Origin: Hydrolagus colliei
Taxonomy: Eukaryota
Assembly: GCA_035084275.1 (NCBI GenBank)
Contig: CM068749.1
Coordinates: forward strand, 14,322,001-14,386,000
Length of the DNA stretch: 64,000 nt
Direction of reading: 5' to 3'
Shown here: in pieces, positions 51,958 through 64,000 of the stretch
How the letters are laid out: the number at the start of each line of letters is the position of its first letter
Numbering within the stretch: the first letter of the stretch is position 1
Translations under genes and position numbers: made by a program
Notes under the pieces: generated by a model
Database searches by the model: none
The model's input: only the letters and a program-made list of their open reading frames with translations
Told to the model about the DNA's origin: nothing

Positions 51958-52533
51958 CATTTACATTGCTAGGTAAAAGCATTGTAAAGCGATTGCAAAC
52001 CTTTCGACAATGTGATAAGGCACTACATCAAACCTGGCTTGTTATAGCAAAAGGCGAAGCTGAGTTATTGGTGCAGTTTCAGATAACCTGGCAGACGCAA
52101 CTGAGGGAGGTGAGGGTGGGGAGAAACAACAGCAAAGCAGTTTGTTTTTATCTTGTTTAAATGAAACTTTATTGTATCTTTTCCCTCTGGAGAAAATCTT
52201 AATCTATTTTTAAAAAAAAATCTTTTGGCATTTGATATTTGTGCACCACTGGAACTCGCAGTCCTCAATATTCTATTCTTGCTCATACTCCACAAGCTCT
52301 CTCCCAACCATCAGCAGAGGCCAATGCAGCCTCCAGCCAACAACTGTTCCTCTGGGTAGCTCATGAAATGTGGGTCTGAACTGGTAATTTTCTTATTTAG
52401 ACTTAGTTGCAGGTTTTATTTAACTGTGTGTTCTAATGACCTAGTTTTAAAGTAAGTTAATTGGGCTTAAAGCTAAAATGCTGCACCTTCCAACTCCATT
52501 ATTCAGCAACAAAAAAATATATATGTTGCTTAG

Positions 52534-52600
52534 AACAACAACAACAACAATTTACATTTATAGAGCGCCTTTCACGTCGGGAGGACGTCCCAAGGCGCTG
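52534..52600 (-). mobile_element. L2 LINE 3' terminus, young
   Basis: (AAC)n followed by TTTACATTTATAGAGCGCCTTTCACGTCGGGAGGACGTCCCAAGGCGCTG with CpGs retained; abuts a CR1 3' remnant to about 52710. Confidence 0.8.
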
Positions 52601-53457
52601 AAGTCATACTTGTAAAGCTTTGCATGGAGAGAAAAGCTAGAATGACATGGGAAAGTTTGAGATGGACACAGTGAGTCAAATAGCTTTCTTTTGTGCTGTA
52701 ACTTTCTATTAAGACTGATGATACTGAATGCAAGGAGAGTAAAACCATAGTTCCCTGTTTCCTACATAAGGCAGATAAACAAAGCAGTGAAAGGTAACTT
52801 TTAAAGAAAATTAACTCTCTCTGTATATTTCACTAGTGCATACATTTTTTTACCTAGTAGATTCTCTGTCCCCCTCTCCCAGTCACTCTGAGAGATTTCA
52901 GAATAATAAAAAAAAGGCAGATAATATCCAAAATCAAAATATACCTGACATTCTAGACCTTTTTAAGGACATTATTACTTGTACACTGATTATTTTTTCT
53001 CCTTGATGTGTACATCCCAATATTGGTGATGCATGTCAAAGAAACATCAGTGTATAATAATGTTGGGCATGAGTTGAGATACTTTGACAGACTTCAAGAT
53101 GAGTTATGACACAGAGGGGAATTGTGTTTGGATTAAAATGATTTTGAGGGCTGTCAAAATATCTGTTGTACTTTCTACCTGTCTCAGCAGTTGTTCTTTT
53201 ATGCATTTTATCAGCATTGCAGCAAAAATTCTAACTTTGATACATATCCTCACATCTGCAAAGTTGTAAAGGACCAAATTCATACACCTTTTCAACATAC
53301 CACAGGCAAGAAGAGGCCAAACACCTCCAAATAGTATGATTGGGAAGAACAAGAAGTGTGTAATTCAATTCATTGAAAAGTTACATGCATTAACTTAACA
53401 ACAATATACAAGATAAAAACTTCAGACCATTGAAATTACATGCACCCGCGCAACTGT

Positions 53458-53768
53458 GGAGTCCTGTAGCTCAGTGGTTAGAGCACTCGCCTTACAAGAC
53501 CTGTGAGACCTGTGTTCGAATCCAGGCATGTCAGGGCAAAACCTTGGGCAAGTTTCCTTACTCCACATGCCTAATAATAATCCCTCCCCCAAAAAATTGG
53601 TCATTTCAATCCACGACTGTTTGTGGGATACTGTTCTGTGCAATTGGCTGCCGCGTTTCGCCCACAAGTATACAGTCAATTCACTTTACAATATATTCTG
53701 TGAAGCGCCTTTGAGATGTCTAGAAGACATGAAAAGCACTATATCAAATGCAAGGATTATTATTATAT
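53458..53768 (+). mobile_element. Full-length tRNA-derived SINE, among the best-preserved copies
   Basis: A box TAGCTCAGTGG, B box GTTCGAATCC, Deu-like core, L2-type tail with (ATT)n. Confidence 0.95.
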
Positions 53769-56309
53769 TATATCTGAAGTAAACATATAGTGGCAGATAA
53801 AAAGGTAAAAGTCACAAATGAATACCTATTGCAATAATGGAAATGAGAACAGATTATTCATTTTTCCATCGACATATTGGTAGCAAACATGTAGGCTCCT
53901 ACCCTGTGGTACTGGCTGTAAAATATACAGTAGTGACTGTATATTTGTAGATAAATTTACAAACCAATTTACATACAGTATTGTACCATAATCAGCCAGA
54001 AGTCAAATAACCATTTTAACAGGAAGATTATTGGCCAAGCTAATCTTTGAATAAGAACCTGTAGACCTCCCTACTCTTTCTTTTCTGAAGCTGCTGAATG
54101 AAGTAATATTTTGATATTCCTGGCTGTTCTTCAGTATCTAGCTCCGAGTGGTTATACCTTACAATCTGATCACATTGAGGAAAGATGCAACAAACCTGAG
54201 AGAAAACCTTTCCAAAAAGGCCCCATTATTGCTTTTCTGATTCATTGGTCTTATTCAGAATTATGCAAATAACCTCCATCGTTTTCCTTTACCTTTGATA
54301 CACAAGTATATTGGCTTTTGTCTTTGTCTCATACACAACATGCATCAATACACACCACTCAGTTTGATGTACAATATGTAAATAGATATTTAATTTCAAA
54401 CCATTCGCCGTTCAACATCAACAGACCAGCCTGATACAAGCCGGAGTGCAATGTCAGATTACCAATGAAAAGGGGTCAGTTGTCAGCCAAAACATATATA
54501 CAGTCTTTGAATTGATTTATGTATCTGGGTACCTCGGAGTGGAAATATTGTGTGCAAAATTGCTATGATTACAGACAGGTCATACATAATGTCAGTGCTC
54601 TAAACATGGTAACATGAGAGACAGAGTATTTCCTCACTTTGAACAGCAATAACACCATAGATACTCACTCTGTGTCCTTTTCCTATTGCAATATCTAAAG
54701 TAAAGAGAAAGATTGAGGTTATACTTTTCTGAACATTTGAATTCCACATCCCAAAGGGCAAGTTCTAAATTACATTGATTTCTCCGTTACATTTTATAGC
54801 TCTGACAAAATCCTACAATTTCAAAAAAAATCTGTATATGATGTTTGCAATTAATATATTTAAAAATGCAATAATACTGTAATCTGATACATAGCTGAAA
54901 GATTGGTTTGCAGTTACCGAACAATAGGTAGAATAAATGAAATCTGACAAGGGTCTGAATTTTAAAAAATTGCATCCTAATCTGGATTAATGGGTTTAAC
55001 TGGATGTGAGTTCTACCAAACTGTTCGCGTTCTGCTCCAATACAACCTGATTCCAACAGGTTGACATAACTCATATCCACTTACTGGTGAAAACACTATT
55101 TGTGACTCCCATTTGAAATACTATATTGTATTTTAGGCTATATGTTTAAAATCCTGAATTTTAATCTCAGTGTGGCCATTCTATTCTTTTGTATGTCTCC
55201 AGTCACCCAAAGTCAGTCATAAGAGAAAGACTTCAACAAAATGCTTTCAAAAACCTACCTGTTTGATCATGTCATCGGCCAACTCTCTCCTATCCTTCCC
55301 CTATCTTGCTTAGGTCCCAAATCCATCTCTGTAGTCCTTTGAAACATGGCCCTTTGTGAAAGCTGCTGTCTGATGGAAAATTGTTGTTGTTGACAGCAAA
55401 ACATTACTGGAAGTGACTCAAATTGTATTGCCTCCAACCTGAGTTGGATTATTTGGTTATGGTCAGTTGGATCCGAATCAAAACTTGATTGATTGACTTT
55501 TTTAGTAAGATTTTGTGGGGCAAATTCAGCTTTTTTCAATTAAAATGTGAAACTCGTCTTTTAAACCTGATGTAGCATTTAACTAAACTAGTCACATGTC
55601 ACAAACGAAATTTGATTAAATTTCAACTCAAAAACATCCAAACATATCTAAATTCCATTCACCATTTAAGTTCCATTTAAATTTAGAACCAAACTTCAGG
55701 TCTCTTTCTTCCAACTGGCTCTCATCCTTGTTATTCTATTTAAATTCAAACATTCCTATTAAATTTTACTCTGAAAAACAAACAAGTACACCGAGGAAAG
55801 TTATCCAGCTAAATGTACCTTGCAGAAATGCATTGTTGTAGGTCAATTTCAACAAGATTTAAATAATAAATGTAATGAATGCAGCTCAATCTGTTTGGGT
55901 CAATTCTACATATTTATGAGGTAAACCTTCTATATGCTCAATTAAAATTCACTGCAGTTGCTACCTAGTTTAATAAAATATAGAATAAAATGCACTGGTG
56001 GTGACAACAAAGTCATAATGAAATGTGACAACAGGCTCATTCTGAACTGTCGCATTGCCACACAGGATTCTAATCTATAAATACGGCATCCTCTACATCT
56101 TAGAATTAAGTTCAAGAGCACAGTAAATAATTCAATATGGCCAATATGTTCTTTAGATACAACTTTGCTAAACCAGCACCCATTTTCCTTTTTTCACGAG
56201 TGTTGCTGAAAATGTCAGCAATGCCTAACAATGCATCTTCCCTTCATTTCCCTTGATATAAGGCGGTGATTTTTGTTCAAAGCTGTTATATTGTTTTTCT
56301 GCTTTTCAG

Positions 56310-56580
56310 AGTGTGGTAACCACGGCAACAAAGTAGAATGTCTTGCTGGATTTCACCTTTGCTGTTTTGCTTCATATGGTGCACTTTCTTTGCACAGTAA
56401 ACATGGTGGAAGTAGTTCTAATACTGATGTTGGATTTCAGAATTGCTCTGTACTGGTCCTGGCAGCTGCTCTCTGGGGAATACAGAGCCTGCATTCCGTA
56501 AACTACCATGCTAGCTTCTGCTCTTTTATTATCACTGTCTCTTGCATCATTTCCTCCATGATCTCTCATTTAAGACCCAG
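56310..56580 (+). other. Candidate exon of an unidentified transcript
   Basis: Acceptor TTGTTTTTCTGCTTTTCAG, donor CAG/GTAAAT, one frame open across 271 nt; no recognisable domain. Confidence 0.25.
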
Positions 56581-58569
56581 GTAAATTCACGACCTCGTAA
56601 CTCTGATGATAGTTAAGGTTCCCGCATGTTCAATATTCTAATGGCTTAATGAAGAGCACTTTTACAAAGCAACAATGAGAGTTGCAGAATGCATTATAAT
56701 AATTTAATCCATTTACATTGTGCACAATAATACAGACATATGTGATGGTGATTTACTATGTAACTGTAGAATGTTAACATTTGGTCAATGCTTAGAGAAT
56801 CCATTTGTTAAATCTAGAAACATAAAAGTTCCTTGTGCTCGATCAGACCTGCAGGATCCTATTTTGCTGTTCTCTGCAGAATGTTAAACCCATCAATAAT
56901 GCTGCAAACAAACACTATCATTATTCAGTCTCCCTGTAATTTTCCAAGTTAGTTTAATTAGATTTGCTGCTTATTCTCCATCATTTCAGGGCCTGTGAGA
57001 AACAAAAATGCACAGAGCACTGGCAGCAACAAAGTTCACTTACATCAATAAGTATACTTAAGAAAAAGTTTCAACCAATTAAAATTCGACTTGTAGGTAG
57101 TGTCGACAGGTTATAGCTCTCTGTTCACAGCTATGCGCTAAATTCAAACAGATCGGGTTACATTCGGTTCCAATGGATTACTTAATTTAGACGTTGTGGG
57201 AAAAAAATCACAAGATCACAAGAATCCAAATCCAAACTATTCTGGATGAATGGTCTATCAGTATAGTAGTAATAAATAGCAGTGAAATGTTGCATTGGTA
57301 AACAGTACTCTATTTGCAAAGCTTGGCAAAAGCAGCTAATGTTTCAATGGCATCATTCCCCATACACAGGCAGCCTTCGACTGGAAACTCTTTTATAAAT
57401 CGTGCAAGTTTGCTTTCGTTTTTTGAGTGTGCTCATGTATTTTTGGCCTCTACCCTCGCATAAATCACATCAATCAGAAAAGCAAGATCGTTACCTAGAC
57501 TTTTTTCTGAAAGTTGACTTGGATGGTTGTGAGAACAGGATTGAGCTCAGCTCTGATCAAATGGACTGCCTTCCCTCACTGAGGTTTGCTGTATAAGTTG
57601 TGCGAACCGTGTGTAAAGACTGAGGTCTATTATGCAAGTTGTGTGAAACAGGTATACACATTTCATTGATTGTTCATTACATAATTAAGAGCAGCTGTAA
57701 TTTGCCTGTATAGGTGCATCTATACATGGTTTCTGATTGCATATTAGAGCCCAATATTTACACATGGCTTCTCCCAGTCACACAATACACCTCATTATCC
57801 AGGCTCCCACAAGAAGAGCAACCACCCAGCTAGTGCAACTAATAATCTCCCAGCTATTTCTACACAGTGCTTCTTAAGAGAAAGAGAAAAGATCATATAG
57901 GATACTTTGAGGTTCTATCTGGGCATTTTTTTTTAGAAATATGTCACAAGAAACATTCTCTTCCTTCTCTGAATGCAATTCATTCTCACGCTTGCAAACA
58001 GCAGATGGTGTTATGTTAGAAAGTAATAAAAAATTAAATTCTCAGCCAGACTATTTATAATGACATTCTTAGAGACGTCAATGGAAATGTGAATGTTACA
58101 CAAATTAAACTGATATTTGGAATTTCGTTCAATGAATTTTTTTCCCCAGCTTGAGTATTTTTGTTTTACAAAATGCCAGCTTAATTCAACAATTATAGAT
58201 CCTCTAAAATGCTATCACCTTATTATGGCATGAGCAAAATCTGTCAAAGAACGCATATGACATTCAGAATCGATATAGAAAAAGCAGTGCCTAATTTAGA
58301 ATCTCAAACTTATTTCAAACCAACCATCTCTCTTTTGTGGAGCACTATCTATTTATTAATGAATCACCGAAAGCTGTCTGTCTCACATGGATTCCTTTGT
58401 ACACCTCAACAAAAGAATATTGCTATCTACCCTTTCACAAAGATGTAGGTCAGCAATGCACAGTGATATCTCAGAAACTATTTGACAATCTTGTTGGATC
58501 ACCAGTATTAGCTGGATCTCTGCCAAAGAAGTGTGATCTTCACTGAGCACCTGGTTTTCACCTTGCTGT

Positions 58570-59370
58570 TTCGACATCAAAAAGACGGAAGCCATACTCT
58601 TTGACTCCCGACGACGTCTTCTGTCCCGTGGTTCCTCCTCAAACTATCTGACCTGTCCTTAAAACTCTCCGAACCTGTGCACAACTTAGGCATCAGGTTC
58701 GATCCCCAGGTATCTTTCCTCCCCCACATCCAGTCCCTCACCAGCCATGCTTTCTTCCATCTTCGCCACATTGCCCATCTCTTTCAATAGCTCACCCATC
58801 CCAAAAAGCTTCTAAAATCTTGTCTATGCCTTTGTGACCTCTCGACTGGACTATAACGCTCTCCTCACCTGTCTCCCCTCCCCCACCATTCATAAAATTC
58901 AGCTCATCCAAAACGCCACCGCCCACATTCCTACCCGCATTAAACTTCATACGTCAATTACCCCAGTCCTTGCCAAACTCCACTGGCTCCCTGTCACGGA
59001 GCGGATTGACTTCAAGATCCTCACTCTAGTATTTAAATCCCTTGATTCTTTGGCACCCCTCCATCTCTCTAACCTTATCTTTCCTCATAGCAGTATCCGC
59101 TCCTCCACTCTATTGGTTCCAGCCTCCTCCTTGTCCCCCGAAAGCAAAGCTCCATCATCGGCGGTTGTTCTTTCAGCCACTATGTCCCAAAACTTTGGAA
59201 CTCTTTCCCTCAAGCACTTCTCATCCCCTCCTTCTCTATTTTCAGGTCATGCCTGTCGAACTTTCCCTTTGACTGTGCCAATGGTCGCCTTCCCCCTCCA
59301 CCATTGTTAAGCTCTCTGAGATGCATCCCAGCATGGAGGGCCCCAATATAAATGCAAGTCGGTTTTTTTT
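58570..59370 (+). mobile_element. L2 LINE, 5'-truncated (ORF2 C-terminus and tail)
   Basis: VHNLGIRFDP, AFVTSRLDYNALL, IQLIQNA, ITPVLAKLHWLPVTERIDFKIL; tail ATATAAATGCAAGT; carries stops and frameshifts. Confidence 0.95.
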
Positions 59371-59689
59371 TAGAAGGAAATCCAGGGAGATAGATTCTCC
59401 CAGCAAACGAGTGAAAATTAGGTCAAGCTCAGTCTGGGAGATACCCACACAGTTTCTCTATAGTTCAGTGCGAGCATTGGCTTACTGGTTTCTCCTAATC
59501 TCCAGCCCTTCATCCACTAGTCAACTAGAACTGCTAACCATCTTGAAGGATAAATAGACAGAATTTACCTGCACTGGATTAATTGGCCCTTAATATATCC
59601 TGCCTCCTACTGTGCATATGTTTATGTATTTGGACTTGCTAAAACTATTTCTGTATCATATTCAGAATGAACTCAGAATACTTTTTAAT

Positions 59690-59910
59690 GCATTGAAATA
59701 CAGAACAAGATATATGTTTAGAATTGCAAATGGCAATTTCAGAACAAATATTAGGAAGTCCTCAAAGGATAGTTAACAACTGAACAGATAACCTAAATAG
59801 GTTGTCAGCCAGGACACTTGGACTCATTTAAAAATCAAGTCAATGCTGTGATCCGGTGACGCTAGAGTGGGTGTTCTGGAAAGTTTATATAAAATGGACT
59901 GAAGGGTATC
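59690..59910 (+). mobile_element. Decayed CR1 3' fragment
   Basis: TTTAGAATTGCAAATGGCAATTTCAGAACAAATATTAGGAAG...TCATTTAAAAATCAAGT...TGGACTGAAGGG. Confidence 0.5.
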
Positions 59911-61079
59911 CTTCATCCAAACCCAATCTTGGGAACGTTTGAGAAGCCTTCCATTGGAATTTATCAGAACAGCATTGCTTGCACCTTTTAATTCATTCAG
60001 GGGGACATGGGGTTGCTTCTCTGTGTTGGGAGTGAGGATTCAATTGAACCTGGAATTGCTTCTCTTTTCAAACCAGAGCTCCTTGTGTATGAATCAGAAG
60101 CTACATAATTTACTTTATCAACATACCACAAATGTAGGCTTTATAGTTCCTGTTCAGTCTGTTGTGAAGAATATACCTCAACTTTGATTGTTTCCTGAGC
60201 TTCAGCACCAGTCGTTTATAACATGTCAAGGGATGTTACTTTATCATTTTGGCTGAAAACGTAATTTAGAACCTCTGTCTGGTTTGTCAAGATTCTCGGT
60301 GGTTTGACAATGCAAGTCCAGAGAAATGAAGATCAGGCAGATTATACTGTCCTGATGTGAGGCAGTTATATGATATTTTTTATTTCTCTTCAAAAAGCTA
60401 GTTCGGAAAGAATCCCATTGTTGAATTAACAAACAGACACTACCTTGGGCTCCCAGCAATCACAAGAGGCACAAAAATATTTTGGCATTTCCTAATGTTT
60501 GCGTTTTAATAAACCAATGTTTATCTTTATATAAATACCCTGGCATTCTTTAAATTAAACATGTACTATTTTCTGAATGGTTAACGAATGAGGCAGATTG
60601 TGTGACAGGTATGTGTAGCCCACGGTTGGATTATTGAGCTCTTGGGACCAAGCTTGTAAAACCAAGCTTGTATTGTCCTATAATTTAAAATGCCTCACAG
60701 AATCTGGTTCAGAATTGTAGAAAAAATGTAAATTCAGGTTAATTTTTCACGCCTGAGAATTGGGTAAGATTGGAAGCAAGGTTGTTAGAAATGCTCCCAA
60801 GCAACATATGCCAGCCAGGTTAGAGCAACATAAATCCTGACCATCTATGCTGTTTCTTCAAGGAATGTTACAAGGTAGGACCTCAATCAGGGAAGAAAAT
60901 ACATTCTTCAAAATTGAACCCTAAAATAGAGTTCTGATGCTGAGCTGACCCTGGACCTGATTGTGTGTTTTATTGTTGCTGTATTTGGATCATGTGCTGG
61001 ACACAGCTGGATCGGAGAAAAGCAATTTTACAGAGACACAAGAAGGCAGCTTTTCACACAATACAGGCAGGTCACATAC

Positions 61080-61145
61080 CACGCTGGAACAATCATGATA
61101 ATGTGTGTAATAAGGACAAGTTCACCAGGGTCCATCTTCATGGTG
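61080..61145 (-). other. Candidate first coding exon with signal-peptide-like sequence
   Basis: T-rich acceptor ...TTTGATTTGTTAG, CACCATG, MKMDPGELVLITHIIMIVPA(W), donor TG/GTATGT. Confidence 0.25.
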
Positions 61146-62659
61146 CTAACAAATCAAAATCAAATCAAATCAACGTTTCTGTTGCGTATATGGCACATAT
61201 TAAATTACATACAGGAACATTGCATACCACCAAACACGGCATCAATATACACCTTTGACTCTGAAACTACCTCTTAGACCTCAAAACAATTACATTCTCT
61301 GAATAAAAGGTAATACGGCAGCCAACGAGTGGGAGTTGGAGTGGGAATGGGAGAGCTCAGCGCTGATTATTCGATTTTGTTGGGACAATTTTAAATTATT
61401 TTTAAATATACAAAAACTGAAATTATGGCATGTCAACTCTGAACATTTGGGAGGATAAATTGAAACTCTGCAGGGTATGTGAAGAAGAAAAACATTTGAA
61501 TCCTTATATTTGCCTCATTCTTCTGCAGTAATCATAATTAGAAAATAAAAATAATCCTTGCATTTAGTCACTCATCACGTCATGATATAGTCCCTCATCA
61601 TGTGATAAAATCATAGAACTTCACTAGAGTCATCAATAATTGGATAATCCAACCATGTTTCTGTAGCTGACTTCAGATTATGTTTCCCCTCTAGAATTCA
61701 TGGTTCTGCTGAAGATTCTTTTGCATCAATGTAAATTGCCTCATGATCCTTGGCACCATATTTTTAAAAAAACATTTGTCTAATTGAACTTGTTTTCAAA
61801 ACAAGAGTCTTTAAATGCAAACAACTTGAATCTTTTTAACAAAAAAAATCAATCAAGTAGGATTGAATGGGTAGTGGGAGGTGGGATTGGGAGTTGGAAA
61901 CACTAGGTAAGAATAATTAATTAGCCTTGTCAGAAGTGACTAGTGAATTAATATCCATACTCAAATATTTCTACTGTACATTACTGTCAGCCTACTGTCC
62001 TCTTTTTAACCATTCAATTTAAATTATTTAGACTTAATGTATTTTCTTGCCTGCAGGCATACTGCTGATTTTTTTTAATTCATGAAAGGAGAGAAGCTGG
62101 ATCCTTCTCTTGTATGTGTTGAATGTTTGTGAAAGATCATTATTGCTGATCATGGTTACTCAGTGGGGCAGTCGATCGTCTCTTTGCTTTGTGTTCCTGA
62201 GTGACCACTCTGCAAATATAACTTCAGACCGGAAAATTCTAGAGAGCTCAGACAGCGAGAGCCACACAATGATTGATTTACTCTGTGTGACTTTCCCGTT
62301 AATAAATATTCTGTTTGAAACTTCCAGTTCTCTGTGCTGATTATTCCACTGAGGTTTTAATCAATTATTCCACTAAGGTTTTAGATTACTTCAGAAAGAA
62401 ATGCATTATTCCAAAATTTAGCATGGATGAGTCGAGAACCAAACAATACACAATACATATAGATCATGGATGCCTGCATCGTGTGTAGCACAAATGCAGT
62501 GGCAAGATTCGTGGTATTCCTTAACCCAGTCCTCATGTTAATTAGCACAAGGATGGGATAAAGAGTAGTGCAAATTTTACTATTGATTTGTGAGTCAGTA
62601 AGAAGCGGGCATTATTTGAGAACCACAAGAAGAAAAGGGGAGATTAGAAGAATGGTTTC

Positions 62660-62810
62660 CTGGTCCTCTGTATGCGGTATTCCTGGCTTCATCCCCCAAC
62701 AGAGCAAGTATAAGATGTTTATCTTTATCATCAAATGCCATGGCCTTGCCCACCATACCTCTGCGATCTTTTGCAACCTTATTCTTCCAGCTACTTCCTC
62801 CACTCCACCA
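62660..62810 (+). mobile_element. Decayed L2 ORF2 fragment
   Basis: QQSKYK...KCHGLA and, after a frameshift, PYLCDLLQPY, typical of the L2 C-terminus. Confidence 0.65.
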
Positions 62811-63146
62811 ACTCAAACTGACCTAATATGGCTGAGGGAGAAAATAAATTGCTCAGTACAAGCTCTGAAAGCAACCAGAAATGTGACAATATTGTGAAAC
62901 TATGTATGCATGATACAAGTGGAATGCTAGCAGTATCTAGCTGATGGAAAATATTTCAATCTGAGGTACGGATTAGGACAGCTATTGAGAAAGATTTCTA
63001 TCATAGATAACTCCTTGTACACAACCGATTCATTACCTCGGCTCTTTGTGTGGAATGTACACCGTAATATATACACATTTCTGCTTTGACCAAAATAGAA
63101 AATAATGTCGGACATGGGAAAAGGAATTCATTTGAGTGCATCATGT

Positions 63147-63368
63147 GGAGTCCTGTAGCTCAGTGGTTAGAGCACTCGCTTTACAAGCAAGAGACCTGGT
63201 TCAATTCCAGGCAGGGTGAAACCTTGGGCAAGTTTCCTTACTCCACACGCCTAATAATAATTTCTTCCAAAACATAGTGAATTCACTTTACAGTATATTC
63301 TATGAAGCACTATGCGACTTCTAGAAGATATGAAAAGCCCTATATCAAATGCAAGGATTATTAATATT
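63147..63368 (+). mobile_element. tRNA-derived SINE lacking the Deu-like block
   Basis: Intact head and tail joined at ...TTCCAAAACATAGTGAATTCACTTTACAG. Confidence 0.9.
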
Positions 63369-64000
63369 ATCAGCAGCAAGGCAGGCGTTATTCCCCACAC
63401 TATCAAATTAATAAATTATCCTAATCTGTCTGGAAAAACAAGTAGATGTTAGACAAAACTATTTGTTGAAAAAAAACAAGTGAAAATGTCATGAGGTGCT
63501 ACAAAAATATGTTTATTTTTAAATTTCCTGGGCAACGAGAATGTAATTAAATATGAATGCCATGCAAGAAGACTGGAAGGAATCAATCAGAGTTAATGAT
63601 AACTAGTTTAGAAATATAAACAAAGAGTTACAAGAGATTATGTCTAATAAGATAAGTTTTGTATCTGACTTCTCCATGTCTAACGCACAGGTACAGACAT
63701 TCAGAAACATAGCACTCAAGAGGAACTACATTTCACATTTCATTCCACTGTTGATCCAAAACAGTTAGATCAATATCCAATTACTATTACTGGGGCCACT
63801 TCAAAAGACAGCTCTTTCTCCTTAAGTAATGCTTCTATTTTGTTCAAAATTTAATCAGCACCAGATTAACCCCACACCAAGTGATTTCCTCCACTCCAAG
63901 CCATCCAAAAATTTAAAGGGTATGTTATCAAAGACAAGGCACAGTCAATTAGATACTAACCATAACCTTCTGCTATAGGAGATCAAAATAACATTACATG

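Noticed and set aside
53458-53530. tRNA-like sequence with A and B boxes (also at 47082, 63147 and in minus-strand copies)
   Set aside because: Continues into the SINE body and tail, lacks a clean acceptor stem, and occurs as many diverged copies; a SINE head, not a tRNA gene
58834-59310. 158-aa ORF
   Set aside because: Frameshifted L2 ORF2 remnant, not a host gene

Overview
AT-rich vertebrate genomic DNA, intronic or intergenic in character. No intact protein-coding gene with a recognisable product could be assembled. The repeats are a high-copy tRNA-derived SINE with a Deu-type core and an L2-type tail, L2 and CR1 LINE fragments, and older SacSINE1-, AmnSINE2- and LF-SINE-like relics. This set points to a cartilaginous fish, most like a holocephalan such as the elephant shark. 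That assignment and all repeat family names are recalled from memory, not database results. The main non-repeat feature is a decayed, intronless class A GPCR on the minus strand (about 12601-13544). Its TM1 and TM3-TM7 motifs are split over three frames and it most resembles beta-group neuropeptide receptors. Other points of note: head-to-head and nested inverted SINE pairs, a tandem array of p53-consensus half-sites, a templated-insertion repair scar, several palindromic MITE-like elements, and a few weak exon candidates. I found no convincing evidence of a new multi-gene system. Most ORFs in the supplied track are repeat-derived or chance. Repeat boundaries are approximate.
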